DNA of 64,000 nucleotides, taken from the NCBI GenBank assembly GCA_051294375.1, contig CM119270.1:17544893-17608892 (forward strand). The letters are read 5' to 3'. A program made the position numbers and the translations under genes. Of this stretch, positions 36,987 to 51,800 are shown in pieces. Source of the stretch: Paraspadella gotoi (lineage: Eukaryota; Animalia; Chaetognatha). Position 1 is the first letter of the stretch. Each line of letters opens with the position of its first letter. The notes under the pieces were generated by a model, which did no database searches, was not told where the DNA came from, and saw nothing but the letters and a program-made list of their open reading frames with translations.

Positions 36987-39900
36987 ATGGAAGAAACTAA
37001 GCAGGTGCGGTTTTGTTACCATCGTAAATATACTTATTTCGACAGCATTAGCTAGATCATTGAATTTTTAAAAAAATTTAAAATTAAATTAAATAAAATT
37101 GTTTTCTATGATTTTTTTTGCAATCGCTCGAGTAAAACCTTTTAGATCAAACAATCCTTGTTGACTAATATATTCTTTATTAACGAGGCAAGTAAAAACA
37201 AAAAAAAAAAAAACGAACAAAAATAATCAATTTAAGTCTTTTCTTCTTTTCCCTCCAACAGATCGCGGTCGACATGCTGCTGGAGCAGGAGGATTCGGTC
37301 GATGTGGAGGAACAACATCGGCTGGACAACCTTATCATGTTCATCTACTTGTTCCTTCTCATCCTGACCATCTTGATGATTTGGCTCTTCAAATACATCA
37401 AGATCAAATTCATTCACGAAACTGGTGAGAAAAGCGAAAGATTCATAAAAAGGGTAGGAACGTGACTTTTTTTTGTATCATAAGTGTTTTGGGTCGTCAA
37501 AAATTCGTGTTTGTGTTCATTTTGTTTTCCATTTCATTGATTTGTGTTTGTGTTCAATTATTGTTCAATTTTATTCATTTTGTTACTTTAAAAGAACAAA
37601 AGATGATATGTATAACAGATTTTAAAGTGAACTTATATAGCAGATCATTTGGCGAGCTTGTTTCTCTATGACATACAACTAATGACAGTACATGACATTA
37701 CTGTAATTAATTTGTCATCATTTGTCATCTTTTTTCAGGAATCGCCGTCGTTTTCGGTCTCATCGTCGGATTAATGATTCGATTCCTTCCAAACGACCCA
37801 GAAATGGTTAAGTTAGACGGATCATTAGGTTCTAATAATTTAATTAGAAAAACTATGCCGAACGTTATTTTATTCAAATATCCGAATTAAATTAGCAAAT
37901 TGCCAAAGTGAAGAAGGTATTATCTCGTCTTAGGCTTTTAAGTCCTCAAATCCGATCAATTATCACGATTTCTTTTATTTTAACCAAATTTTATCAAAAG
38001 TGATAACCGGTTCAAAAAAAACTGGATTAATATTTTAGTCGTCGTCTTGGTTAAGTAAATTTTAAATCGAGTCCCTGTGGTTAACTGAAACGAGAGAACC
38101 GGCTCCAGAGGTCGCATTTTTTTGACCTTGAAATTTTATACTTTTATAATTCATTTAATTGACGTATAAAACTTGAAAACTACATAAATCAGAACGATCC
38201 GATGAAGCTTTATGACATATCAGTAGAACAAATCGTAGTCTATACTGTTAATGAACATACTGAAAAACATTATTGATCGTCTCTTTGCCGATTTGGCTAA
38301 TTTCAATGAGGTTAAAATAAGTTCATACGTTTCAACTTCAAGGCATCTATTTGTACAGTTTATTTACCAAGGAAATTCAATGTAGGAAAAATAGAGGATA
38401 TTAAAACAACCATTGGGGCCGAGGGCGTATTGCAACACTGAAGTCTTTTCCTTCTCACTGCCCACGGCCCATGATCTTCGTCCCTCCCTTTGCCCTAGTC
38501 CCACTTCTCGTCACCTTTGATTCGCCCGATCGCTTGCTCTCCGCAAGAGAGAAAGAGAGAGAGAGAGGGAGGGAGAGGGTGAGATAGAGAGGGATCGAAG
38601 GGAGGCGGAGACTCGTTTCCGCTGACGATATTATCGCATAGCATATGCATTATTGATTAAATTATTATTCAATATAATAACTTAAGTTAGGATTGTATTA
38701 ACGAACATTCTGGTTTGAACAGTCGCACGTTCTCGACGTAGTGCCATGCAGTGCGGCATCTCGATACGAACAACAAATCGATGCCGAATACATCAAACTC
38801 GGTTTGCCCATTTACGACGACAGCGGCGGCAGCAGCAGCGGTGGCGGCAGCAGCGGCGGCAGCGGCGGCGGCGAACGCAACGAGACGGTCTTTATATAAT
38901 GATACAAGAAATGGGTCAACTTCAATGAAAAGNNNNNNNNNNNNNNNNNNNNNNNNNNNNNNNNNNNNNNNNNNNNNNNNNNNNNNNNNNNNNNNNNNNN
39001 NNNNNNNNNNNNNNNNNNNNNNNAATTAAAATCGACAGAGGGTAAGTGAACAAATGTTACTTATTTATTGGTAAGTTAAAAGGCTTTTGGTAAATATTTG
39101 TTTAAGATTAAGTTAGGTGAGCTTCTATTGGATATTGGATTGTATTCTGACATTTTAATTTGGTCATAATGACATTACTGTAGTTTAAACGGCGTTGTCC
39201 TGCATTTGGCTTAAATCTCGGATTACATTTTAAGCCATTAGCACTGACAAAAATCTGAATTTTTTTTAAAGCTAATATCAATAAATAAAAAGTAAGTTTC
39301 CTCAAGTGGGCGTGGCAACAACTTTCCATTTTCCTTCCGGTTCTAGTTCGAATCCGCGGCGACATTCGAGCCAGAGATTTTCTTCAACGTTATCCTTCCT
39401 CCGATCATCTTTAACGCTGGTTACAGCATGAAGAGGAAACACTTCTTCAAAAACTTTGGATCCATTCTCGCATTCGCTTTGATTGGTAAGGTCGTCCTTT
39501 TTTGGTTGAGCGGTAAAGGTAGGGTTAGATTGTCATTTGGCACGCTGATGAGGATTGGCTTTTTTGACTGTGGCGTCATGCTCGCCTTTGCCTTGATTGG
39601 TGATGTCATTCCCTTTTGGAAGGAGGAAGTCAATTTGTATTGCCAATGACATTCTGAGATAGGGTTTGGCACCTTAGATGTGGCACTATTGGTAATTGAC
39701 TGAGTAAAAGCCTCTTTAACAAACTATTCATCGATTCTCATTTTGGTCAGGACTCCAGAACTCACCTTATCCTTTTTTGTCCCCAGGCACGGCGATATCG
39801 ACCGTGGTCACCGCTTTCACCTGTTGGGGCTTCTTGCTTCTCATCAGAGACTCGGTCAAGGAGATGCTGCCGAATTTGGGCCTCGCCGAATGCATCTTCT

Positions 39901-42900
39901 TCGGGGCCATCATTTCCGCCACAGGTGCAGGATGGAAGGGGAGCAGGTGTAATTGGGATCTATTTGTCATGGAAAATGTTGAGAATGCTCAAAGTTTTGT
40001 TTAGATATGGTTTATAATGGTTTTAGTTTTGCTATATACAAAATAATAACCGTAATGTTAATATAATGATCTAATATAAATGTAATTGTCATCATAAAAG
40101 TTAATTTGTGCATTGAAATCCTAGACGGTTGGGATAGTGTTGATCTGAAACCTTGCACGTCGTACTTTACTAGAAATAGTTGTTAAGGAACCACTATAGC
40201 TATTTTTTTAGATTAATGAATACTTTTTAAAATTGATTAGTTAATTTTATTATGGAATTGGCCCCGCCTGTAACCCTTTTTTTTTCTCTAACTCATTATT
40301 TCCCCCCCACCCCTATTCTCCCCCTAATCCACTCCTATCCTCCTCCTTCCACCATCCCCTTCCCTCCCCCCCTTCCCTACCCCATCTTCTCTTCCTCTTT
40401 CCAGACCCCGTGACGTGCTGCCATCTTCTCGAGATGAACGTCGACGTCGACTCTTTACGGCCCTTCATCTTCGGCGAGTCGGTGAGTGAACGACGCCGTC
40501 GCCAATCGTTTCTGCGCATCTTCCGTCGACAAATACTCCAGGCCGGTTAGCGGTGGACGGTGAAAGGGGGTTATGGTGTTGGAGGGCGGTTGGGGTGGGA
40601 TTTTGGGAGGTGGGAGAAGGGGCTAACGTTGCAACGAGTCTACATGTCTGAAAGAAATAATTTGATAATTTAACCAAAGGGGTGAGAAGACGAGAGAAGA
40701 GAGAGAAGCGGCGATGGGCCAGAGAGATGGCAAGAGAAACGAGAGAATAAAGAGCAAGCGACGCGGAAACACACAAGCAACGCAAGAAGGAATGCTTTGT
40801 GATTATCATTCTTTCAACTTGGTTTTAAATTTGAATTCGTTTCCCTCAAATTCATTCCAACCCAACTTTTCCAGGTTCCCTCAGTTCCACCGCATTCCTC
40901 GAAGCCACGGGCAACTTCATCGGCATCTTTGCTGGATCATTCGGCATCGGTTGTCTCCTCGGATGCACCTGCGCTTTTCTAACCAAATTCACAAAACTCT
41001 CGGAATATCCGCTGCTGGAAACGTCGCTCGTTGTTCTCATGTCTTACAGGTGCAATGAATTCGTGCTCGCTGTTATCTATCGTTACGCTTGCTATGTTAC
41101 GTCTTTGCGCTTGCTTCTATCCGTTTTTACGCTAGCTGTAATTCGTCTTAACGATTGCTGCAATCCTTTCTTCCAACTTGCTGCAGCTCCTTCCTGGCGG
41201 CCGAAGCTTGCGGCATGACGGGCATCGTTGCTGTTCTCTTTTGCGGAATTTGTCAGGCGCATTACACGTTTAACAATTTGTCCGCTGACTCGCAAAAGTG
41301 GACGAAGAGGTGGGTGGGTGAGAGAGAGAGAGAGAGAGACAGAGAGAGAGACAGAGAGAGAGAGAGAGATTATTTAAGGGAAGGGTAAGGTAAAGGAGAG
41401 GGATGGTAAGTTTTTCGGGAGTAAAGCTTTAAAGAACGATTCCAACCGTCCCAGAAATAAAGCCAAAGGATTTAAATATAAATTTAAAAAAAAATGTTTT
41501 TATAAGAATTCAAATCGTTCCCGAAATCAAGGAATTAATAATTATAGTGATTACACCTATAGAATCTATATAAACGTTATTATTTATGCCCCGTCTCCTC
41601 TTCAGGTTTTTCGAACTCCTCAATTTTCTCCTGGAAAACTTTATCTTCTCTTACATCGGAGTCTCAGTCATCACGATGGAATCGAATCGTTTCTACTTAC
41701 CCTTCTTCCTCGCCTGTTAGTACATGAAATGCTGCTGCTGAGGCTGTTGTGGTTGTTGGTATGGCTGTTGTGGTTTTTGTTGCGGCTGTTGTGGTTGTAG
41801 AAGTGATTTTTTTTCCGTTTGGATGACGAAAAAAATTCTCGGGACTTATTTCGGCAAATAGGTTTCTAATTTGCGCATATGAAGGCAATCATTATTGCCG
41901 CAACATATCCTGTTAATTTTTTCACTTCTAATTTCAAAAGCAAGGGGATGGAGAAAAACAATGTTATTTACTAATATTTCGGGTTTTTGAGTCGCGAGTC
42001 ACTAGCATTGTTTATGGTTTGGTTAGTTTTGACTTTTTAAATACTAATAGGGTTAGTCCAATGTTTTTTTTTTCAATATTTTGTAAAAGAGGAATTTGCC
42101 TCTAATTCTCACAATTCACAATTTAATTCACAGCCTTACTGGCGATCTTCCTCGCCAGAGCTTGCAACGTTTACCCTCTCGCGTTTTTTCTCAACCTCGG
42201 TCGATCCAAACCGATTCCCTTTAACCATCAACACATGATGATGTTTTCTGGACTCAGAGGTAGAAAGAACGAGAAAATAATTAAAATAACAAATGCTAAG
42301 GATTAATATAATTTCTTTCCTTATTTTTTTCGACATTGACAATTTCTCGTGCGATAATATATGGACGATAAACTATAGACGATATTCCTAGTCATCATCG
42401 CGACTAATTTAACGACGATGGCCACGTTACATTTTAAGAGCTTGTATTTGAATTATTTTATTAATTAACTTAGATGAGAGAACGTAAATTGATGCGTGAA
42501 CGGAAACCTAAAAGTATATGGAAACGAGCTAGACGCTGGGCTACAATAAGTAATAAGTAATTACTTAAAACCTAATATCTAAATAAATCAATTCAACTTG
42601 AACCGAATTGAATTCTACTTTCTAAGGTCTCACAATCTAAGGTTTTACAATTATTAAAATTATTATTTTAATAATAAGAAATAGGAAAGGAAAGGAAATA
42701 TATAACATACCTCGAGTTCATCTTAGATACCGTCACTCGCGAATCTCCCAGCGCTTTCCCGCCTGCGCCATCCGCAGAACGCCAAACACTTTGGAAGAGA
42801 ACGTCAATTCTTTCCCAACGACAGTATCGCTTTCATCGTCATCGTTCACCGTTCTCGTCTCGTCTGCGGAGGTAAGTTTAACAGTAAAGGGTGTAAGTTA

Positions 42901-45900
42901 AATCAAGGCTGTGGGAGGTTAATTAGGGGACAAGGCCGGTAATTTTATTGGTGGGAGTAAGTTAATTGGGAGGGGCGGTTNNNNNNNNNNNNNNNNNNNN
43001 NNNNNNNNNNNNNNNNNNNNNNNNGGTTCACGAAGGTGTCGCGCTTAAAGGCAGGATGAACTTATAACAATGCCCGACTTATTCCATTCACATTTTCATC
43101 CAGTCTTTCATTCATTCCTTTACTTCTTAATCAATTTCTTCATTCATCTCTTCATTCATTCACTTCTTCATTAATTCCATTCAGGTTTCACCTCTCCGAT
43201 GCTCAACGTCCTCAAGATTCGCGTCGGCGTGGAGGACGACGGACTCTCGGCGACGGTGAAGCGGACGACGGCCAACTACAGCACGATTGATGGAGATCAA
43301 AAGTGAGAGTGACGTCTTCAACAGCATCGTCATCTCGTCACCGACAGATCCATCGCAATAATCGTCATCAGCTTCATGTTCATCTTCACCGTTTTCGACA
43401 CCATTAGTATCTACTAAATCTGCGTCATCATCAACCTGGGCATCTTCATCATCGTCATAATTCCATAATCACGCCTGCAGATTCCCCATCAGCCTCACAG
43501 TTTCATAGTCATCATCGTCAATTTCATCACAATCAACATAATCGTTATCATCATCATTCTTGACATCGCCATCATCATACGCTTGTCATCCTCTTCCTTA
43601 TAAATAATAATTTTGAAAATCCAATTACATATTATACTCTGTTCCTCAACAAACGTTTTTTGATCTTGACATTGATCTGTGCAATAGGGCGTGAAGTGGA
43701 AAGTTTTGAAATAAAAATTTAACAGTTATATCCTTAAAAACTATCATATTAGGAATACTAATCTGTAATTATTTTCTTTTTTAAAATATAGTTAGCCCAG
43801 TCAGTTTATTTTGATATTAATAGTACTACGCTTATATAATATCAAAATTTCAAAATAGTTTTTTTTAATTCGAAAGATTTCAGATTCGTTAAAGTAATAA
43901 AGGTATAAATCTTTTTTTAAAAATTATGTCATTAAGTAGGATAAAATTAACAAAAAACTATATTTTTAAGCTGGAAATTTAAAATCGGCGGTCTTAAATA
44001 TAGTTTTTTACATTTTTGCTAACTTAATGAAAAAATTTTTAAAAAGAATTGTACTTCTTATAATAATTTTTTGCAAGGAATCCAAATCCGATCTTAAAAT
44101 TTTAGCCATTATATACTTATTACTATATATAAATATAGCTCACTGGTGCCACTAATGTATAAAATTAAAAAATTAATTTACCAAAATATTTTATTGTTTT
44201 ATGTTTATGTTTTTATATGCTAAATTTTAATTTTCTAAAATTTATCATTTTCACATCACTCTACTGTGCAATTGTACATACCTCACGCCATCTCTCTTCT
44301 TCACCCGTTCAATAACAGGCTCCCCACGAAGACATACAAAAAGTCCTGGTTCCACCAAAAGTTCGGGAATTTCGACCTGCGGTTCTTGAAGCCGCTCTTC
44401 ACTCACTCCAAACCTTCGCTGGAGGAGACGTGCTGCGGCTGTAGAGGATGTTGTCTGCCGGTGGCCAAGGTGTTGACGTCCGACAGGCAGAGGCATCACG
44501 GGATACAGGTTAGGGGGGGATGGGCGGGGGGGGGGTTGACGTAGCATGGGGATGATGTAGCATTTGGATGATGTAGCATGTGGATGCGAATGGATGTGAA
44601 CAAATGTTAATAAAAAAGATTGCGAATAAATGTTATTAGGAAGTTAATGGTTGTGCGTTTTGTTACCATCAGTAAATATACCTATTTCGACAGCATTAGC
44701 TACGACTCATTGAATTTTAAAAAAAAATATTTAAAATTAAATTAAATAAAAATATGTTTTCTATGATTTTTTTTGCAATCGCTCGAGTAAAACTTTTAAA
44801 TCAAACAATCCTTGTTACTAATATATTCTTTATTAACGAGGCAAGTAAAAACAAAAAAAAAAAAACGAACAAAATAATCAATTTAAGTCTTTTCTTCTTT
44901 CCCTCCAACAGACGCGGTCGACATCTGCTGGAGCAGGAGGATTCGGTCGATGTGGAGGAACAACATCGGCTGGACAACCTTATCATGTTCATCTACTTGT
45001 TCCTTCTCATCCTGACGCATCTTGATGATTTGGCTCTTCAAATACATCAAGATCAAATTCATTCACGAAACTGGTGAGAAAAGCGAAAGATTCATAAAGA
45101 GGGGTAGGAACGTGACTTTTTTTGTATCATAAGTGTTTTGGGTCGTCAAAAATTCGTGTTTGTGTTCATTTTGTTTCCATTTCATTGATTTGTGTTTGGT
45201 TCAATTATTGTTCAATTTTATTCATTTTGTTACTTTAAAGAACAAAAGATGATATGTATAACAGATTTTAAAGTTAACTTATATAGCAGATCATTTGGCG
45301 AGCTTGTTTCTCTATGACATACAACTAATGACAGTAATGACATTACTGTAATTAATTTGTCATCATTTGTCATCTTTTTTCAGGAATCGCCGTCGTTTTC
45401 GGTCTCATCGTCGGATTAATGATTCGATTCCTTCCAAACGACCCAGAATGGTTAAGTTAGACGAGATCATTATTCTAATAATTTAATTAGAAAAACTATG
45501 CAGAACGTTATTTTAGTTCAAATATCCGAATTAAATTAAGAAAATGCCAAAGTGAGAGCAGGTATTATCTCGTCTTAGGCTTTAAGTCCTCAAATCCGAC
45601 AATTATCACGATTCTCTTTTATTTTAACCAAATTTTATCAAAAGTGAAAACCGGTTCAAAAAAAACTGGATTAATATTTAGTCGTCGTCTTGGTTAAGTA
45701 AATTTTAAATCGAGTCCCTGTGGTTAACTGAAACGAGAGAACCGGCTCCAGAGGTCCATTTTTTTGACCTTGAAATTTATACTTTTATAATTAATTTAAT
45801 TGACGTATAAAACTTGAAAACTACATAAATCAGAACGATCCGATGAAGCTTTATGAATATCAGTAGAACAAATCGTAGTCTATACTGTTAATGAACATAC

Positions 45901-48816
45901 TGAAAAACATTATTGATCGTCTCTTTGCCGATTTGGCTAATTCAATTGAGGTTAAAATAAGTTCATACGTTTCAACTTCAAGGCATCTATTTGTACAGTT
46001 TTATTTACAAGGGAAATTCAATGTAGGAAAAGAGGAATTAAACAACCTTGGGGCCGAGGGCGAAATTGCAACACTAAAAGTCTTTTCCTTCTCACGTGCC
46101 CACGGCCCATGATCTTCGTCCCTCCCTTTGCCCTAGTCCCACTTCTCGTCACCTTTGATTCGCCCGATCGCTTGCTCTCCGCAAGAGAGAAAGAGAGAGA
46201 AGAGAGAGGGAGGGAGAGGGTGAGATAGAGAGGGATCGAAGGGAGGCGGAGACTCGTTTCCGCTGACGATATTATCGCATAGCATATGCATTATTGATTA
46301 AATTATTATTCAATATAATAACTTAGTTAGATTGTATTAAACGAACATTCTTTTAACAGTCGCACGTTCTCGACGTAGTGCCTGCAGTGCCATCTCGATA
46401 CGACAACAAATCGATGCCCGAATACATCAAACTCGGTTTGCCCATTTACGACGACAGCGGCGGCAGCAGCAGCGGTGGCGGCAGCAGCGGCGGCAGCGGC
46501 GGCGGCGAACGCAACGAGACGGTCTTTATATACAAGAAATGGTCAACTTCAATGAAAAGAATAAAATCGACAGGTAAGTGAACAAATGTTACTTATTTAT
46601 TGTAAGTTAAAATGGGTTTTGGTTAATAATTTGTTTTAAATTAAGTTGGTGAGCTTCATATTGGATTGTATTCTGACATTTTAATTTGGTCATAATGACA
46701 TTACTGTAGTTTAAACGGCGTTGTCCTGCATTTGGCTTAAATCTCGGATTACATTTTAAGCCATTACCACTGACAAAATTTTTTTTAAAGCTAATATCAA
46801 TAAATAAAAAGTAAAGTTCCTCAAGTGGGCGTGGCAACAACTTTCCATTTTCCTTCCGGTTCTAGTTCGAATCCGCGGCGACATTCGAGCCAGAGATTTT
46901 CTTCAACGTTATCCTTCCTCCGATCATCTTTAACGCTGGTTACAGCATGAAGAGGAAACACTTCTTCAAAAACTTTGGATCCATTCTCGCATTCGCTTTG
47001 ATTGGTAAGGTCGTCCTTTTTTGGTTTGAGCGGTAAAGGTAGGGTTAGATTGACATTTGGCACGCTGATGAGGATTGGCTTTTTTGACTGTGGCGTCATG
47101 CTCGCCTTTGCCTTGATTGGTGATGTCATTCCCTTTTGGAAGGAGGAAGTCAATTTGTATTGCCAATGACATTCTGAGATAGGGTTTGGCACCTTAGATG
47201 TGGCACTATTGGTAATTGACTGAGTAAAAGCCTCTTTAACAAACTATTCATCGATTCTCATTTTGGTCAGACTCCAGAACTCCCTTATCCTTTTTTGTCC
47301 CCAGGCACGGCGATATCGACCGTGGTCACCGCTTTCACCTGTTGGGGCTTCTTGCTTCTCATCAGAGACTCGGTCAAGGAGATGCTGCCGAATTTGGGCC
47401 TCGCCGAATGCATCTTCTTCGGGGCCATCATTTCCGCCACAGTGCAGGATGGAAGGGGAGCAGGTGTAATTGGGATGCGATTTGTCATGGAAACTGTTGA
47501 ATGCTCAGTTTGTTTAGATATAGGTTATATGGGTTTTAGTTTTGCTGATAATACAATATAATACGTATAATATATGATGTAATATAATAATGTGTATGTC
47601 ATCATAAAGTTAACTTTGTGCATGAAATCTAGACGGTTGGGAGAGTGTTGTATCTGAAACCTTGCACGCTCGATTATTCTTTACTAGAAATAGTTGGTTA
47701 AGAACCACTATAGCTATTTTTTTAGATTAATGAATACTTTTAAATTGATTAGTTAATTTTATTATGGAATTGGCCCTCCTGTAACCCTTTTTTTTCTCTA
47801 ACTCATTATTTTTCCCCCCCACCCTATTCTCCCCCTATCCAACTCCTATCCTCCTCCTTCCCCATCCCCCTATCCTCCCCCCCCTTCCCTACCCCATCTT
47901 CTCTTCCCTCTTCCAGACCCCGTGACGGTGGCTGGCCATACTTCTCGGAGATGAACGTCGACGTCGATCTTTACGCCCTCAATCTTCGGCGAGTCGGTGA
48001 TGAACGACGCCGTCGCCATCGTTTCTCGCACTTCCGTCGACAAATACTCCAAGGCCGTCGCGGTGGACGGTGAAGGGGGTTTGGTGTTGGGGGGCGGTTG
48101 GGGGTGGGATTTTGGGAGGTGGGGAGAGGGGCTAACGTTGCAACGAGTTACATGTCTGAAGAAATAATTGAATAATTTAACAAAAGGGGTGAGAGAGAGA
48201 AGAGAGAGAGAGAGGGCGGGTGGGCAGAGAGCATGGGCAGAGAGAAAGAGAGATAAAGAAGCAAGGCACGCGGAGAACCACAAGCACGCAAGAGGAATGC
48301 TTTGTGATTATCATTCTTCTTCAACTTGTTTTAAAAATGTTGATTCGTTTCCCTCAAATTCATTCCAACCCAACTTTTCCAGTTCCCTCAGTTCCAGCCG
48401 CATTCCTCGAAGCCACGGGCAACTTCATCGGCATCTTGCTGGATCATTCGGCATCGGTTGTCTCCTCGGATGCACCTGCGCTTTTCTAACCAATTCACAA
48501 ACTCTCGGAATATCCGTGCTGGAAACGTCGCTCGTGTTCTCATGTCTTACAGGTGCGATGAATTCTGCTCGCTGTTATCTATCGTTACGCTTGCTATGTT
48601 ACGTCTTTGCCTTGCTTCTATCCGTTTTTAACTGCTAGCTGTAATTCGTCTAACGATTGCTGCAATCCTTTCTTCCAACTTGCTGCAGCTCCTTCCTGGC
48701 GGCCGAAGCTTGCGGCTGACGGGCATCGTTGCTGTTCTCTTTTGCGGAATTTGTCAGGCGCATTACACGTTTAACAATTTGTCCGCTGACTCGCAAAAGT
48801 GGACGAAGAGGTGGGT

Positions 48817-48870
<54 letters not shown>

Positions 48871-51800
48871 TAAGGGAGGGTAAGGTAAAGGAGAGGGATG
48901 GAAGTTTTTCGGGAGTAAAGCTTTAAAAGAACGATTCCACGCGTCCCAGAAATAAAGCCAAAGGATTTAAATATATAATATTTAAAAGTTTTTATAAGAA
49001 TTCAAATCGTTCCCGAATCAAGGAATTAATAATTATAGTGATTACCCTATAGAATATTATATAACGTATTATTTATGCCCCGTCTCTCTTCAGGTTTTTC
49101 GAACTCCTCATTTTCTCCTGGAAAACTTTATCTTCTCTTACATCGGAGTCTCAGTCATCACGATGGAACGAATCGTTTCTTACTTACCCTTCTTCCTCGC
49201 CTGTTAGTACATGAAATCTGGTGCTGCTGCTGAGGCTGTTGTGGTTGTTGGTATGGCTGTTGTGGTTTTTGTTGCGGCTGTTGTGGTTGTAGAAGTGACA
49301 AAAAACTGATTTTTTTTTTCCGTTTGGATGACGAAAAAATTCTCGGACCTATTTCGGCAAATAGGTTCTAATTTGCGCATATGAAGGCAATCATTATTGC
49401 CGCAACATATCCTGTTAATTTTTCACTTCTAAATTCAAAAGCAAGGGGATAGAGAAAAACAATGTTATTTACTAATATTTCGGGTTTTTGAGTCGCGAGT
49501 CACTAGCATTGTTTATGGTTTGGTTAGTTTTGACTTTTTAAATACTAATAGGGTTAGTCCAATGTTTTTTTTTTCAATATTTTGTAAAAGAGGAATTGCC
49601 TCTAATTCTCACAATTCACAATTTAATTCACAGCCTTACTGGCGATCTTCCTCGCCAGAGCTTGCAACGTTTACCCTCTCGCGTTTTTTGCTAACCTCGG
49701 TCGCATCCAAACCGATTCCCTTTAACCATCAACACATGATGATGTTTTCTGGACTCAGAGGTAGAAAGAACGAGAAAATAATTAAAATAACAAATGCTAA
49801 GGATTAATATAATTTCTTTCCTTATTTTTTTCGACAATGAAATTTCTCGAGCGATAATATATGGACGATAAACTAGACGATATTCCTGTCACATCACGAC
49901 TAATTTAACGACGATGGCCACGTTACATTTTAAGAACTTGTATTTGAATTATTTTATTAATTAACTTAGATGAGAGAACGTAAATTGATGCGTGAACGGA
50001 AACCTAAAAATATATGGAAACGAGCTAGACGCTGGGCTACAATAAGTAATAAGTAATTACTTAAAACCTAATATCTTAATAAATCAATTCAGCTTGAACC
50101 GAATTGAATTCTACTTTCTAAGGTCTCACAATCTAAGGTTTTACAATTATTAAAATTATTATTTTAATAATAAGAAATAGGAAAGGAAAGGAAATATATA
50201 CACATACCTCGAGTTCATCTTAGATACCGTCACTTCCCCCCCCCGCTCACCTCTCACCCTTCCACTCCCACGATCCCTTATCCCCCCCTCAACATCCCCC
50301 TTTCAGGCGCAATCGCCTTCGCCCTGGCCATCCGCAACGCCAACACTTTGGAGAGAAACGTAATTCTTTCCACGACGTCGCTCATCGTCATCGTCACCGT
50401 CGTCGTCTGCGGAGGTAAGTTTAACAGGAAGGGTAAGTTAAATAAGGCTGGGTAGGTTAATTAGGGGAGGGGTAATTTAATTGGTGGGGGGTGGGTAGTT
50501 ATATTGGGAGGGGCGGGTTCAACGAAGGTGTCGCGCTTAAAGGCAGGATGAACTTATAACAATGCCCGACTTATTCCATTCACATTTTCATCCAGTCTTT
50601 CATTCATATCCTTTACTTCTTAATCAATTTCTTCATCATCTCTTCATCATTCATTCTTCATTCACTTCTTCATTCATTCCATTCAGGTTTCACCTCTCCG
50701 ATGCTCAACGTCCTCAAGATTCGCGTCGGCGTGGAGGACGACTGGACTCTCGGCGACGGTGAAGGCGGACGACGGCCAAACTACAGCACGATTGATGGAG
50801 ATCAAAAGTGAGAGTGACGTCTTCACAGCATCGTCATCATCGTCACCGACAGATTCATCGCCGTAATCGTCATCAGCTTCATGTTCATCCTTCACCGTTT
50901 TCCGTTTTCGACACCATTAGTATCTTAACTACATCAGCGTCATCATCAACCTAGGGCATCTTCATCATCGTCATAATTTATAATCACGCCTGCAGATTCC
51001 CCATCAGCCTCAACAGTTTCATAGTCATCATAGTCATCGTCACAATCAACATAATCGTTATCATCATCATTCTTGACATCGGCCATCATCATACGCTGAA
51101 TAATAATAAATAATAATAAATAATAATAAATAATTATAAATAATAATTTTAAAAATCCAATTACATATTATACTCTGTTCCTCAAACAAACGTTTTTTGA
51201 TCTTGACATTGATCTGTGCAATAGGGCGTGAAGTGTGAAAGTTTGAAATAAAAATTTAACAGTTATATCTTAAAAACTATCATGATTAGGAATACTAATC
51301 TGTAATTATTTTTCTTTTTTATAAATATAGTAGCCCAGTCAGCTTACTTTTGTATATAGTACATACGCTTATATAATATCAAAATTTAAAATAGTTTTTT
51401 TTAATTCTGAAAATTCAGATTCAGATTAAAATCTTTTTTCAAAATATTAATTAAGCAATTAAGTACGTATTAAAATTACCACAAAAAACTATATTTTTGA
51501 AGCTGGAACCATTATAAAATTCGGCCGGTCTTAAACTTATAGTTTTTTACATTTTTGACTAACTTAATGAAATAAATTTTTAAAAAGAATTGTACTTTCT
51601 TTATAATAATTTTTTGCAAGGAATCCAAATCCGATCTTTAAAAAGTTTTTAGCCTATTATATACTTATATACTATATATAAATATAGCTCACTGGTGCCA
51701 CTAATGTATAAAATTAAAAAATTAATTTACCAAAATATTTTATTGTTTTATGTTTGTTTTTATATGCTAAATTTTAATTTTCTAAAATTTTATCATTTTC

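Noticed and set aside
41903-41915. U12 donor-like atatcct
   Set aside because: Mid-intron, not at an exon boundary, and lacks the full ATATCCTT consensus.
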